From the NCBI GenBank assembly GCA_044229975.1, contig JBGARZ010000012.1:192001-256000 (forward strand): a stretch of DNA of 64,000 nt, written 5' to 3'. Positions 30,970 to 40,941 of this stretch are shown piece after piece. The translations under genes were made by a program, and so were the position numbers. The notes under the pieces were generated by a model. It did no database searches. It was not told where the DNA came from and saw only the letters and a program-made list of their open reading frames with translations. The number at the start of each line of letters is the position of its first letter. The stretch's first letter is position 1. The DNA is from Polyangiales bacterium (GTDB taxonomy: Bacteria > Myxococcota_A > Polyangia > Polyangiales > Ga0077539).

Positions 30970-33003
30970 TCACGGCCCCGTCGGCAGCCCCACCAGGATG
31001 CGCCACGACAGCCACTCCAGGTCGTTGCAACGAAACCGCGCCCGCTCCGGGCCCCGCGCCCGCAGCTCCGCGATCGCCTGCAATTGCACCCGCTCCATCG
31101 ACCACCCGTGCGCCCGCGCGCACACCGCCCGGTAGAGCGCCTCCGTCCCATCGATCGCCTCTTCGTCGTCGACGGGCGCTGAGTACAGCCGTCGGGGCGG
31201 CGTCGCGCAGCCCCCTCGGCGCAGGTACGCCCGCGCCACCGCGTCGCCCTGCGTAAACGTCCCATCGGCACGCGCGTGCCACAACGTGAGCGGCCCTGGC
31301 GACTCATTGATCCCGACCGCCGCCGGGTCGCACGACACGCGCCCCCAGCGCTCCCCGTCGATGAAGTCCAGCCGCCCATCCCGATCGAAGTCCACGAAGC
31401 GCTCCACCACCCCGACCGCCGCAAACGGCGCATACGGCGCCACCCGATCGCCGCGCGCCGTGAGCACCGTCACCGCGATGGGATTGTCGCCGTCCCCATC
31501 ACCGCACCAGTAGTGCGTCCCGCCCACGGCCAGCTCCCCCCGCCCGTCGCCGTCGAAGTCGGAGCTCGCGAAGGCATCGAGCTCGTCGTGGTCGCAGCCC
31601 TCGTCCAGCAGCACTCCGCGCTCGCCCCCCTCGATGCGCACGCCCGCCGTCGTCACGAAGTCCGCCGCCCACCGCGCGCGAAACCGCCCGCGATCGTCCC
31701 CTTCGCCCGCGTCGCGCTCCAGCGATCGCAGCGCCAGCACCCACGCGCCTCCCACCGCCGCCACGCAGCGCCCCAGCGACCGCCTCACGATCCCCATCCG
31801 CCGCGCCACCGGCCGCCCGTCGACGTTGTCCGTCCCGGCGTCGGTCAGGCTCTCTCCCGCCCGCGTGATCTCCGCCTCGGTCAGCCGTCGCACCCGCGCC
31901 TCTGCCGCCTCGCACGCCCTCGCCACGGCCCGCGGCAACGCCGGCGCCCCTGCGTCCGCGCCCGCCCCCGCATCGACCGACGTCACCACCGCGGGCGGCT
32001 CGGCGAGCGACGCCTCCGTCACCGCGGGCAGCGCCATCGGGCGCAGGTGCTGCGGCGGCCGCAACGCCACGAGCGCGCGCAGCGACGCATCACCCCCGTC
32101 CCCTGCGATCTGCGCGGTGAGCTCCGCGACCGGAACGTTCCACACCCGCGAGCACGTCACCCGCCGCGCGACCGCTTCTTGAGCGTTGGGGTCCTGGTCC
32201 TCCTGCAACTCGGGCCGCACCGGCACCCGCAGCGCGGTCGGCCGCTCGGGACACTGCCCACGCAGCACCACGCGGGTGAGCTCGTCGTCCATGGAGAAGC
32301 CGCCCCCCCGCAGCGCGTGCGCCACGAAGATCACGCCTCCTGTGCGCTCTCGATCGGTGAGCACGTCGAGCAGCCCGTCGCGGTCGAGGTCACCGAGCCG
32401 AACGCCCACTCCGCCAAAAGGCAGCGGCGCCACCGCGAGCCCCCCGTCAGCCGTGACCGAGATCACCGACCCCCGGCCGTTGTCGCAGGTCACCACCGCC
32501 GACGGTCCACCCCCGACGCCCGGCTGTACGCCGAGCGCGGTGCCCTGGAAGCCCGGTGTGCTCGGGTCGTTCGCGCAGCCCGGCGGCGTCGCGCGCACGC
32601 TCGTCCCATCGGGGCGCACAAACACCACCGCGACGCTGCGCGCCTCCAACGCCAGCGCCCACGCCCCCTCGGGCCCCCGAACGCACTCCCACCGCCGCCG
32701 CACCTCCGCGCGCCGCGACGCCCCGTAGATCACCGGCACCGACTCGGTCCCGTGCGCCCTCACCACGGCGTCCCACTGCGCGAGCGACGCAGTGGTGAGC
32801 GCCTCGCACGTCGCCTGGAGTGCGCTGCCCGGCGCAGGCGTCACCACGTCGTGCGCGTCCGCCGCGACGTCCGCCAGAACATCCCTCCTCGGGAGTCCGG
32901 CGTCCGTCGCGGCGACGACGACATCAGCGGTGGGAGCGGCGGGTGGTTGGCGGCACGCCGTGAGCGCGACGAGGCCGATCGATGCGAGGTGGGTACGGGT
33001 CAC
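30970..33003 (-). CDS. Lipoprotein with internally duplicated FG-GAP-like domain
   Basis: Lipobox LTAC; DLDRDGLLD, DFDGDGRGE and DFDRDGRLD motifs. Confidence 0.75.
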   Translation of the reverse strand: MTRTHLASIGLVALTACRQPPAAPTADVVVAATDAGLPRRDVLADVAADAHDVVTPAPGSALQATCEALTTASLAQWDAVVRAHGTESVPVIYGASRRAEVRRRWECVRGPEGAWALALEARSVAVVFVRPDGTSVRATPPGCANDPSTPGFQGTALGVQPGVGGGPSAVVTCDNGRGSVISVTADGGLAVAPLPFGGVGVRLGDLDRDGLLDVLTDRERTGGVIFVAHALRGGGFSMDDELTRVVLRGQCPERPTALRVPVRPELQEDQDPNAQEAVARRVTCSRVWNVPVAELTAQIAGDGGDASLRALVALRPPQHLRPMALPAVTEASLAEPPAVVTSVDAGAGADAGAPALPRAVARACEAAEARVRRLTEAEITRAGESLTDAGTDNVDGRPVARRMGIVRRSLGRCVAAVGGAWVLALRSLERDAGEGDDRGRFRARWAADFVTTAGVRIEGGERGVLLDEGCDHDELDAFASSDFDGDGRGELAVGGTHYWCGDGDGDNPIAVTVLTARGDRVAPYAPFAAVGVVERFVDFDRDGRLDFIDGERWGRVSCDPAAVGINESPGPLTLWHARADGTFTQGDAVARAYLRRGGCATPPRRLYSAPVDDEEAIDGTEALYRAVCARAHGWSMERVQLQAIAELRARGPERARFRCNDLEWLSWRILVGLPTGP

Positions 33004-33042
33004 GTCAGGTCATCTCCCAGCGAATGCCGGGACAGGACCTTC

Positions 33043-35448
33043 TCACGCCGCGGGGCGCAGCGCGTCGTCGTTGGCCTTCGCGGGCGAGCCCGGCGTGACC
33101 AGCACCTCGCCCGAGGAGCCCACGGGTTCGAGCGCCGCCGCGAGCACCTCGCGCATGTCGTCGGCGAAGATGAACTCCATCGCCTCGCGCACCGCCGTCG
33201 GCACGTCCTCCAGGTCGCGCTCGTTGCGCGCCGGGAGGATCACCCTCGCGATGCCCGCGCGGTGCGCCGCGAGCACCTTCGCCTTGATGCCGCCGACGGG
33301 CATCACCTTGCCGCGCAGCGTGCACTCGCCGGTCATCGCCGTGTCGGGCCGCACCCGCCGCCCGGTGAGCAGCGACGTCAGCGCCGTGAACATCGTCACG
33401 CCCGCGCTCGGCCCGTCCTTCGGAACCGCGCCCGCCGGCACATGGATGTGCACGTCGTGGCCGTCCATCACGTTGCCCGACAGCCCGAGCTCGTCCGCGT
33501 GGGAGCGCACATACGTGAGCGCCGCGCGGGCCGACTCCTTCATCACGTCACCGAGCTGCCCGGTGATCTCCAGACCGCCCTTGCCCGGCATGCGCGAGGT
33601 CTCGATGAAGAGGATGTCCCCGCCCACCGGCGTCCACGCGAGGCCCGTCGCCACGCCCGGCGCCGCCGTGCGCTCGGCCACGTCGCTGAAGAACTTCGCG
33701 CGCCCCAGGTACTTCGCCACGTCCGCCGCATCGACCACCACCTTGGTCGGCGCGTGGTCGGTGGCGCGGGCGACCTCCAGGGCGACGGCGCGCGTCACCT
33801 TGGTGATCTCCCGCGTGAGCTGCCTCACGCCCGCCTCGCGGGTGTAGTCGCGGGCGATGGTTCGGAGGCCCTCGTCGGTGATGGTGAGCACCTCGTCGGG
33901 GATCGCGTGCTCCTTGCGCTGCTTGGGCACCAGGTGCTGCCGCGCGATCTGCACCTTCTCCTCGGTCGTGTAGCCCTGGAGCTCGATGATCTCCAGGCGG
34001 TCACGCAGCGGCGCAGAGATGGCCCCGAGGTCGTTGGCCGTGCACAGGAAGAGCACCTCCGACAGGTCGAAGGGGATCTCCAGGTAGTGGTCGGTGAACG
34101 ACTTGTTCTGCTCCGGGTCGAGCACCTCCAGCAGGGCAGCCTCGGGCGACCCGCCCCACCCGCTGGTGAGCTTGTCGATCTCGTCGAGCAGCACCACGGC
34201 GTTGCGCGCCTTGGCCTTCTTGAGCGCGTTCAGCAGCCGACCGGGCATCGCGCCGACGTAGGTGCGGCGGTGACCGCGAATCTCCGCCTCGTCGCGCACG
34301 CCGCCCAGCGAGATGCGCACGAAGGGTCGCCCCGTCGCGTCGGCGATGGACTGCCCGAGCGAGGTCTTGCCCACGCCCGGCGGACCCGCGAGGCACAGGA
34401 TCGTCCCCCGCGCGTTGCCCGTGAGCTTGAGCACGGCCATGTGTTCGAGGATGCGCTTCTTCACGTCGTCGAGGCCGGCGTGGTCGGCGTCGAGCTGCTT
34501 CGCGACGGCGTCGACGTCGTCCTTCGCGACGGAGCGCTTCGACCACGGCAGGTCGGCGATGAGCTCCAGGTAGTTGCGGATGACGTGCGCCTCCGCCTGC
34601 TGGCCGTTCATGGACTCCAGGCGGCGCAGCTCGCGGTCGGCGACGATGCGCGCGTCCTCCGAGAGCCCGGCGTCGTCGAGCTTCTTCTTGAGCGCTTCGA
34701 GGGAGGCATCGCCGTCCTGGTCGTCGCCGATCTCCTTCTTCAGCGCGCGAATCTGCTCGCGCACGATGGCGTCGCGCTGGTTGCGGTTGACCTCGCGGCG
34801 CACGTCCTGATCGATCTTCGACTTGATGTCGTTGAGCGCGCGGGCCTCGGAGACCAGGCTCGCGACGAGGCGCAGCCGGGCGCCCACCTCGGTCTCGCGC
34901 AGCACGCTGAGCTCCTTGTCGGAGGCTAGGCCCATGAGCGCCGCGACCTGGTCGGCCACGAGCCCGGGGTTGTCCTCGTCGGCCTGGACGGCGCCGAGCG
35001 TCCCGCCGTTGCGGGCGGCGAGCTCGGTGACGTGCTGCTTGAGCGACTGCGCCAGGAGCCGCGCCTCGGCGGGGTCGCTGACGGTCTCTTCGAGGGCCTC
35101 ACCCTCGGCCTGCCAGTACGGCTCGCTGCGCGCGAGGCCCGTCAGGCGAAAGCGGCTCAGGCCCTCCAGCACCACGCGGTAGCCCCGCTCGCGGGTGCGC
35201 TCGATCTGAACGATCCGAGCAACGGTCCCGACTTCATGGAGGTCGCCGAGGGAGGGGTCGGCCACGCCGGCCACCCGCTGGCTCACGACGCCGAGGATGG
35301 CGCGGGGGCCGAGGTCATCGAGCATGGCCACGGAGCGGCTGCGGCCCACCGGAAGCGTGAGGGTCGTGCCGGGAAACAGGGTTCCGCTGCGAAGGGGCAG
35401 CAGGGCAAAGGGGGCGCGAGGCATCACGGTGTCGTTTCGCTGGCTCAT
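33043..35448 (-). CDS. lon: ATP-dependent Lon protease
   Basis: GPPGVGKTS, GHRRTYVGAMPG, DEIDK, PKDGPSAG (catalytic Ser), GGIKAK (Lys). Confidence 0.97.
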   Translation of the reverse strand: MSQRNDTVMPRAPFALLPLRSGTLFPGTTLTLPVGRSRSVAMLDDLGPRAILGVVSQRVAGVADPSLGDLHEVGTVARIVQIERTRERGYRVVLEGLSRFRLTGLARSEPYWQAEGEALEETVSDPAEARLLAQSLKQHVTELAARNGGTLGAVQADEDNPGLVADQVAALMGLASDKELSVLRETEVGARLRLVASLVSEARALNDIKSKIDQDVRREVNRNQRDAIVREQIRALKKEIGDDQDGDASLEALKKKLDDAGLSEDARIVADRELRRLESMNGQQAEAHVIRNYLELIADLPWSKRSVAKDDVDAVAKQLDADHAGLDDVKKRILEHMAVLKLTGNARGTILCLAGPPGVGKTSLGQSIADATGRPFVRISLGGVRDEAEIRGHRRTYVGAMPGRLLNALKKAKARNAVVLLDEIDKLTSGWGGSPEAALLEVLDPEQNKSFTDHYLEIPFDLSEVLFLCTANDLGAISAPLRDRLEIIELQGYTTEEKVQIARQHLVPKQRKEHAIPDEVLTITDEGLRTIARDYTREAGVRQLTREITKVTRAVALEVARATDHAPTKVVVDAADVAKYLGRAKFFSDVAERTAAPGVATGLAWTPVGGDILFIETSRMPGKGGLEITGQLGDVMKESARAALTYVRSHADELGLSGNVMDGHDVHIHVPAGAVPKDGPSAGVTMFTALTSLLTGRRVRPDTAMTGECTLRGKVMPVGGIKAKVLAAHRAGIARVILPARNERDLEDVPTAVREAMEFIFADDMREVLAAALEPVGSSGEVLVTPGSPAKANDDALRPAA

Positions 35449-35618
35449 GTGTGGGGACTCCTTCGCGATCATTTGGACGCAGGCGCACGTTCGCGATCGG
35501 AGTCACACTCACCCGCTGTGAGTTGCACCCCTACCGCTCACGCCGTCGCTCCCGCCGCTCATCCCCTGGTGTGCATCGACGACATCCATCGGGTCGTCGC
35601 AGGGCTGTTTGTTCGAGA

Positions 35619-35720
35619 GTGAACGGAAACTAAATTCGTTCACGGCTTCGTCAAGACTCAGAGTCGTCGACGGCTCGATCGTTTCAATTGTGAAATACAT
35701 TTCATCCACATTTGAAATGT
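35619..35720. promoter_or_regulatory. AT-rich palindrome cluster, probable enhancer-binding-protein sites
   Basis: GTGAACG-N11-CGTTCAC (35619-35643); TTTCA-N4-TGAAA (35682-35695); ACATTTCA-N8-TGAAATGT (35697-35720). Confidence 0.6.
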
Positions 35721-35770
35721 CCGGGAGTCGGACACTTGTCCATGCTCTTGAAAGCAGGGACTTCGACCCT

Positions 35771-35785
35771 TGGCACGGACCCTGC
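35771..35785 (+). promoter_or_regulatory. sigma54 -24/-12 promoter
   Basis: TGGCACGGACCCTGC against consensus TGGCACGnnnnTTGC, one mismatch. Confidence 0.7.
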
Positions 35786-35796
35786 GATGTGTGTAC

Positions 35797-35880
35797 TCGG
35801 CGGCGGCGCCGGCGTCCTCCCCCCCCAACGCCATTGGTGCCGTCGCTTTATTAATTCTGCTTCCTCGCCAGAAGCAGTGT
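35797..35880 (+). ncRNA. Candidate sigma54-dependent small RNA with C-rich loop
   Basis: Stems 35800-35810/35836-35846 and 35811-35815/35828-35832, loop CCUCCCCCCCCA, A/U tract, second hairpin 35857-35877; no + strand CDS follows. Confidence 0.55.
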
Positions 35881-35891
35881 CCGCCCGAGAC

Positions 35892-38144
35892 TCAGGGGGC
35901 GCGGACACCCAGGCGATCTTCGACGAAGGTGAACATGCGCGTCAGGCGCCGGAGTTCATCGGAACGCTGGGTTCCGGCTCCGTGCCCGACGTTGCGCTGC
36001 ATGTAGAAGAGCACCGGGGCGTCGCTGGTGGTCTCGTCCTGGAGGCGAGCGGCGAACTTCGTCGAGTGTCCCCAGTGGACGCGGGTGTCGTGGTCGGCCG
36101 TCTCGATCCAGGCGGCGGGGTATCGCACGGCCGGGCTGACCCGATGATAGGGCGAGTACGCGTGGAGCCAACGGAACGCGTCGGGCTGGGCAGGGTCGCC
36201 GTACTCGCTGGTCCAGATCTCGGCCGGGGGAAAGTGCGCGAAGCGAACCATGTCGTAGAGGCCGACGCCCGCGAAGGTGGCCGCGAAGGTGTCGGGCGCG
36301 CGGGTGAGCATCGCGCCCATGAGCAGCCCGCCATTGGAGGCGCCGTTGATGGCGATGCGCTCGGGTGAGCTCCAGCGGCTGGTGGAGAGCCAGCGCAGCA
36401 CGGCCTCGAAGTCTTCGAAGACGCGCTCCTTGTTGCCCATGGCGCCGGCGCGGTGCCAGTCCTCGCCGAACTCCGATCCGCCGCGCAGGTTGGCCACGAC
36501 GTAGATGCCGCCGCGTTCGAGCCAGTAGATGGGGTCGCGACGGAAGGTCGGGAGCAACGGGACGTTGAAGCCACCGTACCCATACAGGAGCACGGGGTTG
36601 TGGCCGTCCTGGGTGGCGGCGCGCGGGCGGAGGATGAAGGCGTTGATGGGGGTTCCGTCGCGAGAGGGGACGGAGGCGCGCTCCATGACGAAGCGGGAGT
36701 AGTCGACGTCGCTGGTGGCGTGGTCGAGGGTGGCGGGACGGAGCCCCGTGGGCCGCGCATCGACCGCGAGCACCGCCGACGGCTCGAAGAACGACTGAAA
36801 CCCGAAGGTCACGAAGGGACTGTCCCCATTGGAGACCACGGTGGGCGCGCTGCCCTCGGCGGGGAGCGGGATGTCGCGGGGATCGGTTCCGTCGAGGGTG
36901 TACGAGCGGAGGTGGGAGGCGATGTTTTCGAGGTGCGAGGTGACGAGCCGGTCGCCCGCGAGGGTGAAGTCTTCGAGCGGGTGCTGACCCTGGGCGATGA
37001 CCGTGCGCCACGCACCACCCGACGCGGGCACCGATGGCGTCGCCGCGGGCAGCATGAGCTGCGCGGCAGGCGCGGCGTAGAGGGCGTAGCGGGGCGCCTG
37101 GTCGTTGCTGAGGACGAAGACCGTGCCGCGGTGGATGGTCGCGTGCGAGATGCTCTCGCGCCCGGTGATGACGGGCACCGCGCGAGGGAGCGCACCGCGG
37201 GCGACGGGGGCGCGACGATCGATGAGGTGGACCTCCGTGCGGCTCCAGCCCTTGAAGAGGTTGACCACCACGTAGCGACCGTCGCTGGAGACGTCGGGTG
37301 ATGGCGCGTCGGTGCGCTCGGTGGCCTCGTAGACGCGGACATCCGCGGTCCCGTCGGGGGCAGTTCGCAGACGGTGGAAGAACATCGCCCGCCAGTAGGA
37401 GTCCTCGTGGGCGGGGTCGTGGTGGGCTTCGCCCGCGCGGGGGTAGCGGGTGAAGTAGAAGCCGGACTCGTCGGGCAGCCACGAGAGGCGGCACCACTTG
37501 GCGTGAGCGATGGCCTCGGGGAGCATCTGCCCGGTGGTGACGTCGAGGACGTGCAGCACGGAGCGCTCGTCGCCGTTTTGCGAGAGGCCGAGGGCGAGGT
37601 AGCGGCCGCGCGGGGACGGGGTCATCCAGTCGACGGCGGTGCGATCACCGAGGGTGTGCGGGTCGAAGAGCTGCCGCGGGGCGGACCACGCTCCGGCCGC
37701 GTTGCGCTCGCTGACCATGACGACGGCCTGTTCGCGCTCGCCGTCGCGCTTTGTGTAGAAGATGCGCGAGCCGCCCATGGTGGCACCGCGGAGGTTGCCG
37801 ATGGCGAGGAGCTGGCCGAGGCGGCGCTCGATGTCGGGGCGCGGGTGGGCGGCGAGGTAGGCTTCGGAGCGGGCGTTCTGGGCGTCGACCCAGGCGGTGG
37901 TGACGGGGGATTCGGTCTCGAGGGCGCGGTAGGGGTCGGCGACCTCGGTGCCGTGGAGGGTCTCGGTGACGGCGCCGACGCGGGCGGGCGTGTTGATGGC
38001 GTCCGTCTCGCGCGCGGCGCGGGCGGGAGGCGCGGGGTTGGCGAGCGCGGGGGGCGCGGGCTCGGGGCCGGCCAGGACCGGCGGCGCGGCGTGGGCGCAC
38101 GAGAGGGCGACGAGGGGGAGAACGAGCCAGAGGGAACGACGCAT
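35892..38144 (-). CDS. Prolyl oligopeptidase (S9A) lipoprotein
   Basis: DPYRALE, YGYGGFN, RGGSEFG, GASNGG, DHDTRV, VGHG; lipobox LSC. Confidence 0.95.
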   Translation of the reverse strand: MRRSLWLVLPLVALSCAHAAPPVLAGPEPAPPALANPAPPARAARETDAINTPARVGAVTETLHGTEVADPYRALETESPVTTAWVDAQNARSEAYLAAHPRPDIERRLGQLLAIGNLRGATMGGSRIFYTKRDGEREQAVVMVSERNAAGAWSAPRQLFDPHTLGDRTAVDWMTPSPRGRYLALGLSQNGDERSVLHVLDVTTGQMLPEAIAHAKWCRLSWLPDESGFYFTRYPRAGEAHHDPAHEDSYWRAMFFHRLRTAPDGTADVRVYEATERTDAPSPDVSSDGRYVVVNLFKGWSRTEVHLIDRRAPVARGALPRAVPVITGRESISHATIHRGTVFVLSNDQAPRYALYAAPAAQLMLPAATPSVPASGGAWRTVIAQGQHPLEDFTLAGDRLVTSHLENIASHLRSYTLDGTDPRDIPLPAEGSAPTVVSNGDSPFVTFGFQSFFEPSAVLAVDARPTGLRPATLDHATSDVDYSRFVMERASVPSRDGTPINAFILRPRAATQDGHNPVLLYGYGGFNVPLLPTFRRDPIYWLERGGIYVVANLRGGSEFGEDWHRAGAMGNKERVFEDFEAVLRWLSTSRWSSPERIAINGASNGGLLMGAMLTRAPDTFAATFAGVGLYDMVRFAHFPPAEIWTSEYGDPAQPDAFRWLHAYSPYHRVSPAVRYPAAWIETADHDTRVHWGHSTKFAARLQDETTSDAPVLFYMQRNVGHGAGTQRSDELRRLTRMFTFVEDRLGVRAP

Positions 38145-38169
38145 AGGGCGCGGAGAATCGCACATAACC

Positions 38170-38325
38170 CAGGGTGATCGGTGGGGAGGGGGCAGGGTTG
38201 AGGGTGGGGGGTAGGCAGGGTTGAGGGTGGGAGGGGGGAGGGTTGTCGCTGGGGGAGGAGCAGGGTGATCGCTGGGAGGGGGAGAGGGACATCGGTGGAG
38301 GGGATGGAGGGTCATCCCTGGGGTT
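38170..38325 (+). repeat. G-run-rich tract with two short direct repeats
   Basis: Many G3+ runs; ggcagggttgagggtggg at 38191 and 38214; cagggtgatcgstggg at 38170 and 38261. Confidence 0.7.
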
Positions 38326-38479
38326 GAGAGAAAAACGACATCGGACACGAAACTCATCGCAACGGGGCCGACGACAAGAGCGCGTGACACGTCGGGAGCG
38401 TCCGCCGGTGAGCCGCCACAATGGTTGTGGCGCCGCCGACGGAGGGCCCGAGCGGGGTCATTCAAGAACGGAGTTCACC

Positions 38480-39052
38480 ATGAACACTTCCCGTACTCGC
38501 TCGTCGTCCATCACCACCATCACCACCACCACCACGCCGGACTTCGATGACACCATCGACCGGACGCGGAAGGCGCCCGCCATCGACGCGAGCGTCTTGC
38601 CGAAGTGCTCGGTGGGGTGGAGGCCCACCTCGCCCGAGGAGCGCAGCCGTCGACTGCGACACCTCTCCGAAGACAACCGCGCTGAAGCCATCGAGGCCGG
38701 TGAGGAGATCGTCGCCCTCGCCGAACACTACGAGAGCGACTTCGGCACGCTGGGCCCCGACCCCTCGAAGATCGCCTGGGTCATGGGCGAGCTCCAGCGC
38801 ACCCTCGACGCGGCCCACCGCATCGAGCAGCTCCGCGCGTTTCATGCCGAGCGCGCGGAGATCCTCACGCACGACCTCTTCGTCGCGCTCACGGAGGTGA
38901 ACCGTGAGTACGTCCACCGCGTCGACCGCGTCCCTGCGCTGGCCGAGCGGTACCGCAAGCTGCCCGCGCTCTTCGCCGCCATCAGCCGGGACATCACGGA
39001 GGGCATCGCCGCCGCCAACGCGAAGCGCGAGTCCGCCGCCCCGAAGGAGTGA
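38480..39052 (+). CDS. Hypothetical helical protein
   Basis: GGAG RBS before ATG 38480; GC3-biased frame. Confidence 0.7.
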   Translation: MNTSRTRSSSITTITTTTTPDFDDTIDRTRKAPAIDASVLPKCSVGWRPTSPEERSRRLRHLSEDNRAEAIEAGEEIVALAEHYESDFGTLGPDPSKIAWVMGELQRTLDAAHRIEQLRAFHAERAEILTHDLFVALTEVNREYVHRVDRVPALAERYRKLPALFAAISRDITEGIAAANAKRESAAPKE

Positions 39053-39159
39053 CGGCGCCGCAGCGCTGTCGTCGCTCTCCTCCGCCTTCCCTTCCCTCTC
39101 TCCCCTCGACCATCCGCGGACGACGATCGGCGCCACGCGCTGATAGAGTCCGCCGCGCC

Positions 39160-39831
39160 ATGACGAAGCTCTCACTCGCGTCGGTGACGCTCGACGACCT
39201 CTCCGCGCTCGCGCGCCTGGAGAGCCGCGACCTGGACACCAGCCAGTGGGAAGCGTCCGTCGAGCCCCTCGACGACTCCACGCAGGAGCAGCTCCGTTAC
39301 CTCGCGACGAAGCTCGCGGCGACCCGATCGACCACCCTCAACGAGGCGACCATCTGGTCGCGCGCGATCTACCCGCTGCTCGAACTGGCCGAGACCGACC
39401 AGGTGCGCGCCTGGGCCGAGGTTCCGCTCGCCGCCCGGGACCCGTACTCCGAGACGGAGCTCGCGGGCATCGTCGATGGGGTGCTCGCCGTCGAGGGTGT
39501 GCTCGCCGGGGCGCCGGGGGTGCCGTTTCTGTTGGTGGTCGAGGCGAAGCGCGGGATGGACGGGGTCGACCCGCGGCCGCAACTCATCGGCGCGCTGCTC
39601 GCGGTGCTCTGGTCGGAGCTCGTTCGCGGGGGCGGCGACGCCGCGGAGTCCTACGGGTGCTTCACCGTCGGCGACATCTGGACCTTCGTTCGCGCCGAGG
39701 CCCGCGTCGGGTCGGCGGGAGGGGCCGGACCGCGGCTCGGGGTCACGCTCTCGTGGTCGCGCGAGTACGCCGAACGCACCGAGGCATTGGTGATACTCCG
39801 CGCGCTCCGGCACATCGCACGTCGCAGGTAG
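39160..39831 (+). CDS. PD-(D/E)XK restriction-endonuclease-fold protein (HsdR N-terminal-like)
   Basis: GIVDG...LVVEAKRG...QL; YGCFTVGDIWTF. Confidence 0.7.
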   Translation: MTKLSLASVTLDDLSALARLESRDLDTSQWEASVEPLDDSTQEQLRYLATKLAATRSTTLNEATIWSRAIYPLLELAETDQVRAWAEVPLAARDPYSETELAGIVDGVLAVEGVLAGAPGVPFLLVVEAKRGMDGVDPRPQLIGALLAVLWSELVRGGGDAAESYGCFTVGDIWTFVRAEARVGSAGGAGPRLGVTLSWSREYAERTEALVILRALRHIARRR

Positions 39832-39842
39832 CGTCGCCGCGA

Positions 39843-39871
39843 TTGACGCCCACCACGGCGCCCGGCATACC
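39843..39871 (+). promoter_or_regulatory. Possible sigma70 promoter of pheST
   Basis: TTGACG-N17-CATACC, 13 nt upstream of the pheS ATG. Confidence 0.4.
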
Positions 39872-39884
39872 CCTCCCCCCGGTC

Positions 39885-40931
<1,047 letters not shown>

Positions 40932-40941
40932 GAACCCCGTC

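Noticed and set aside
31276..34929. 1217-aa + strand ORF
   Set aside because: Antisense shadow of lon and the lipoprotein gene, typical of high-GC DNA
35509..35908. Short ORFs in the lon upstream region
   Set aside because: Atypical codon usage and no RBS; better explained as regulatory DNA plus an RNA
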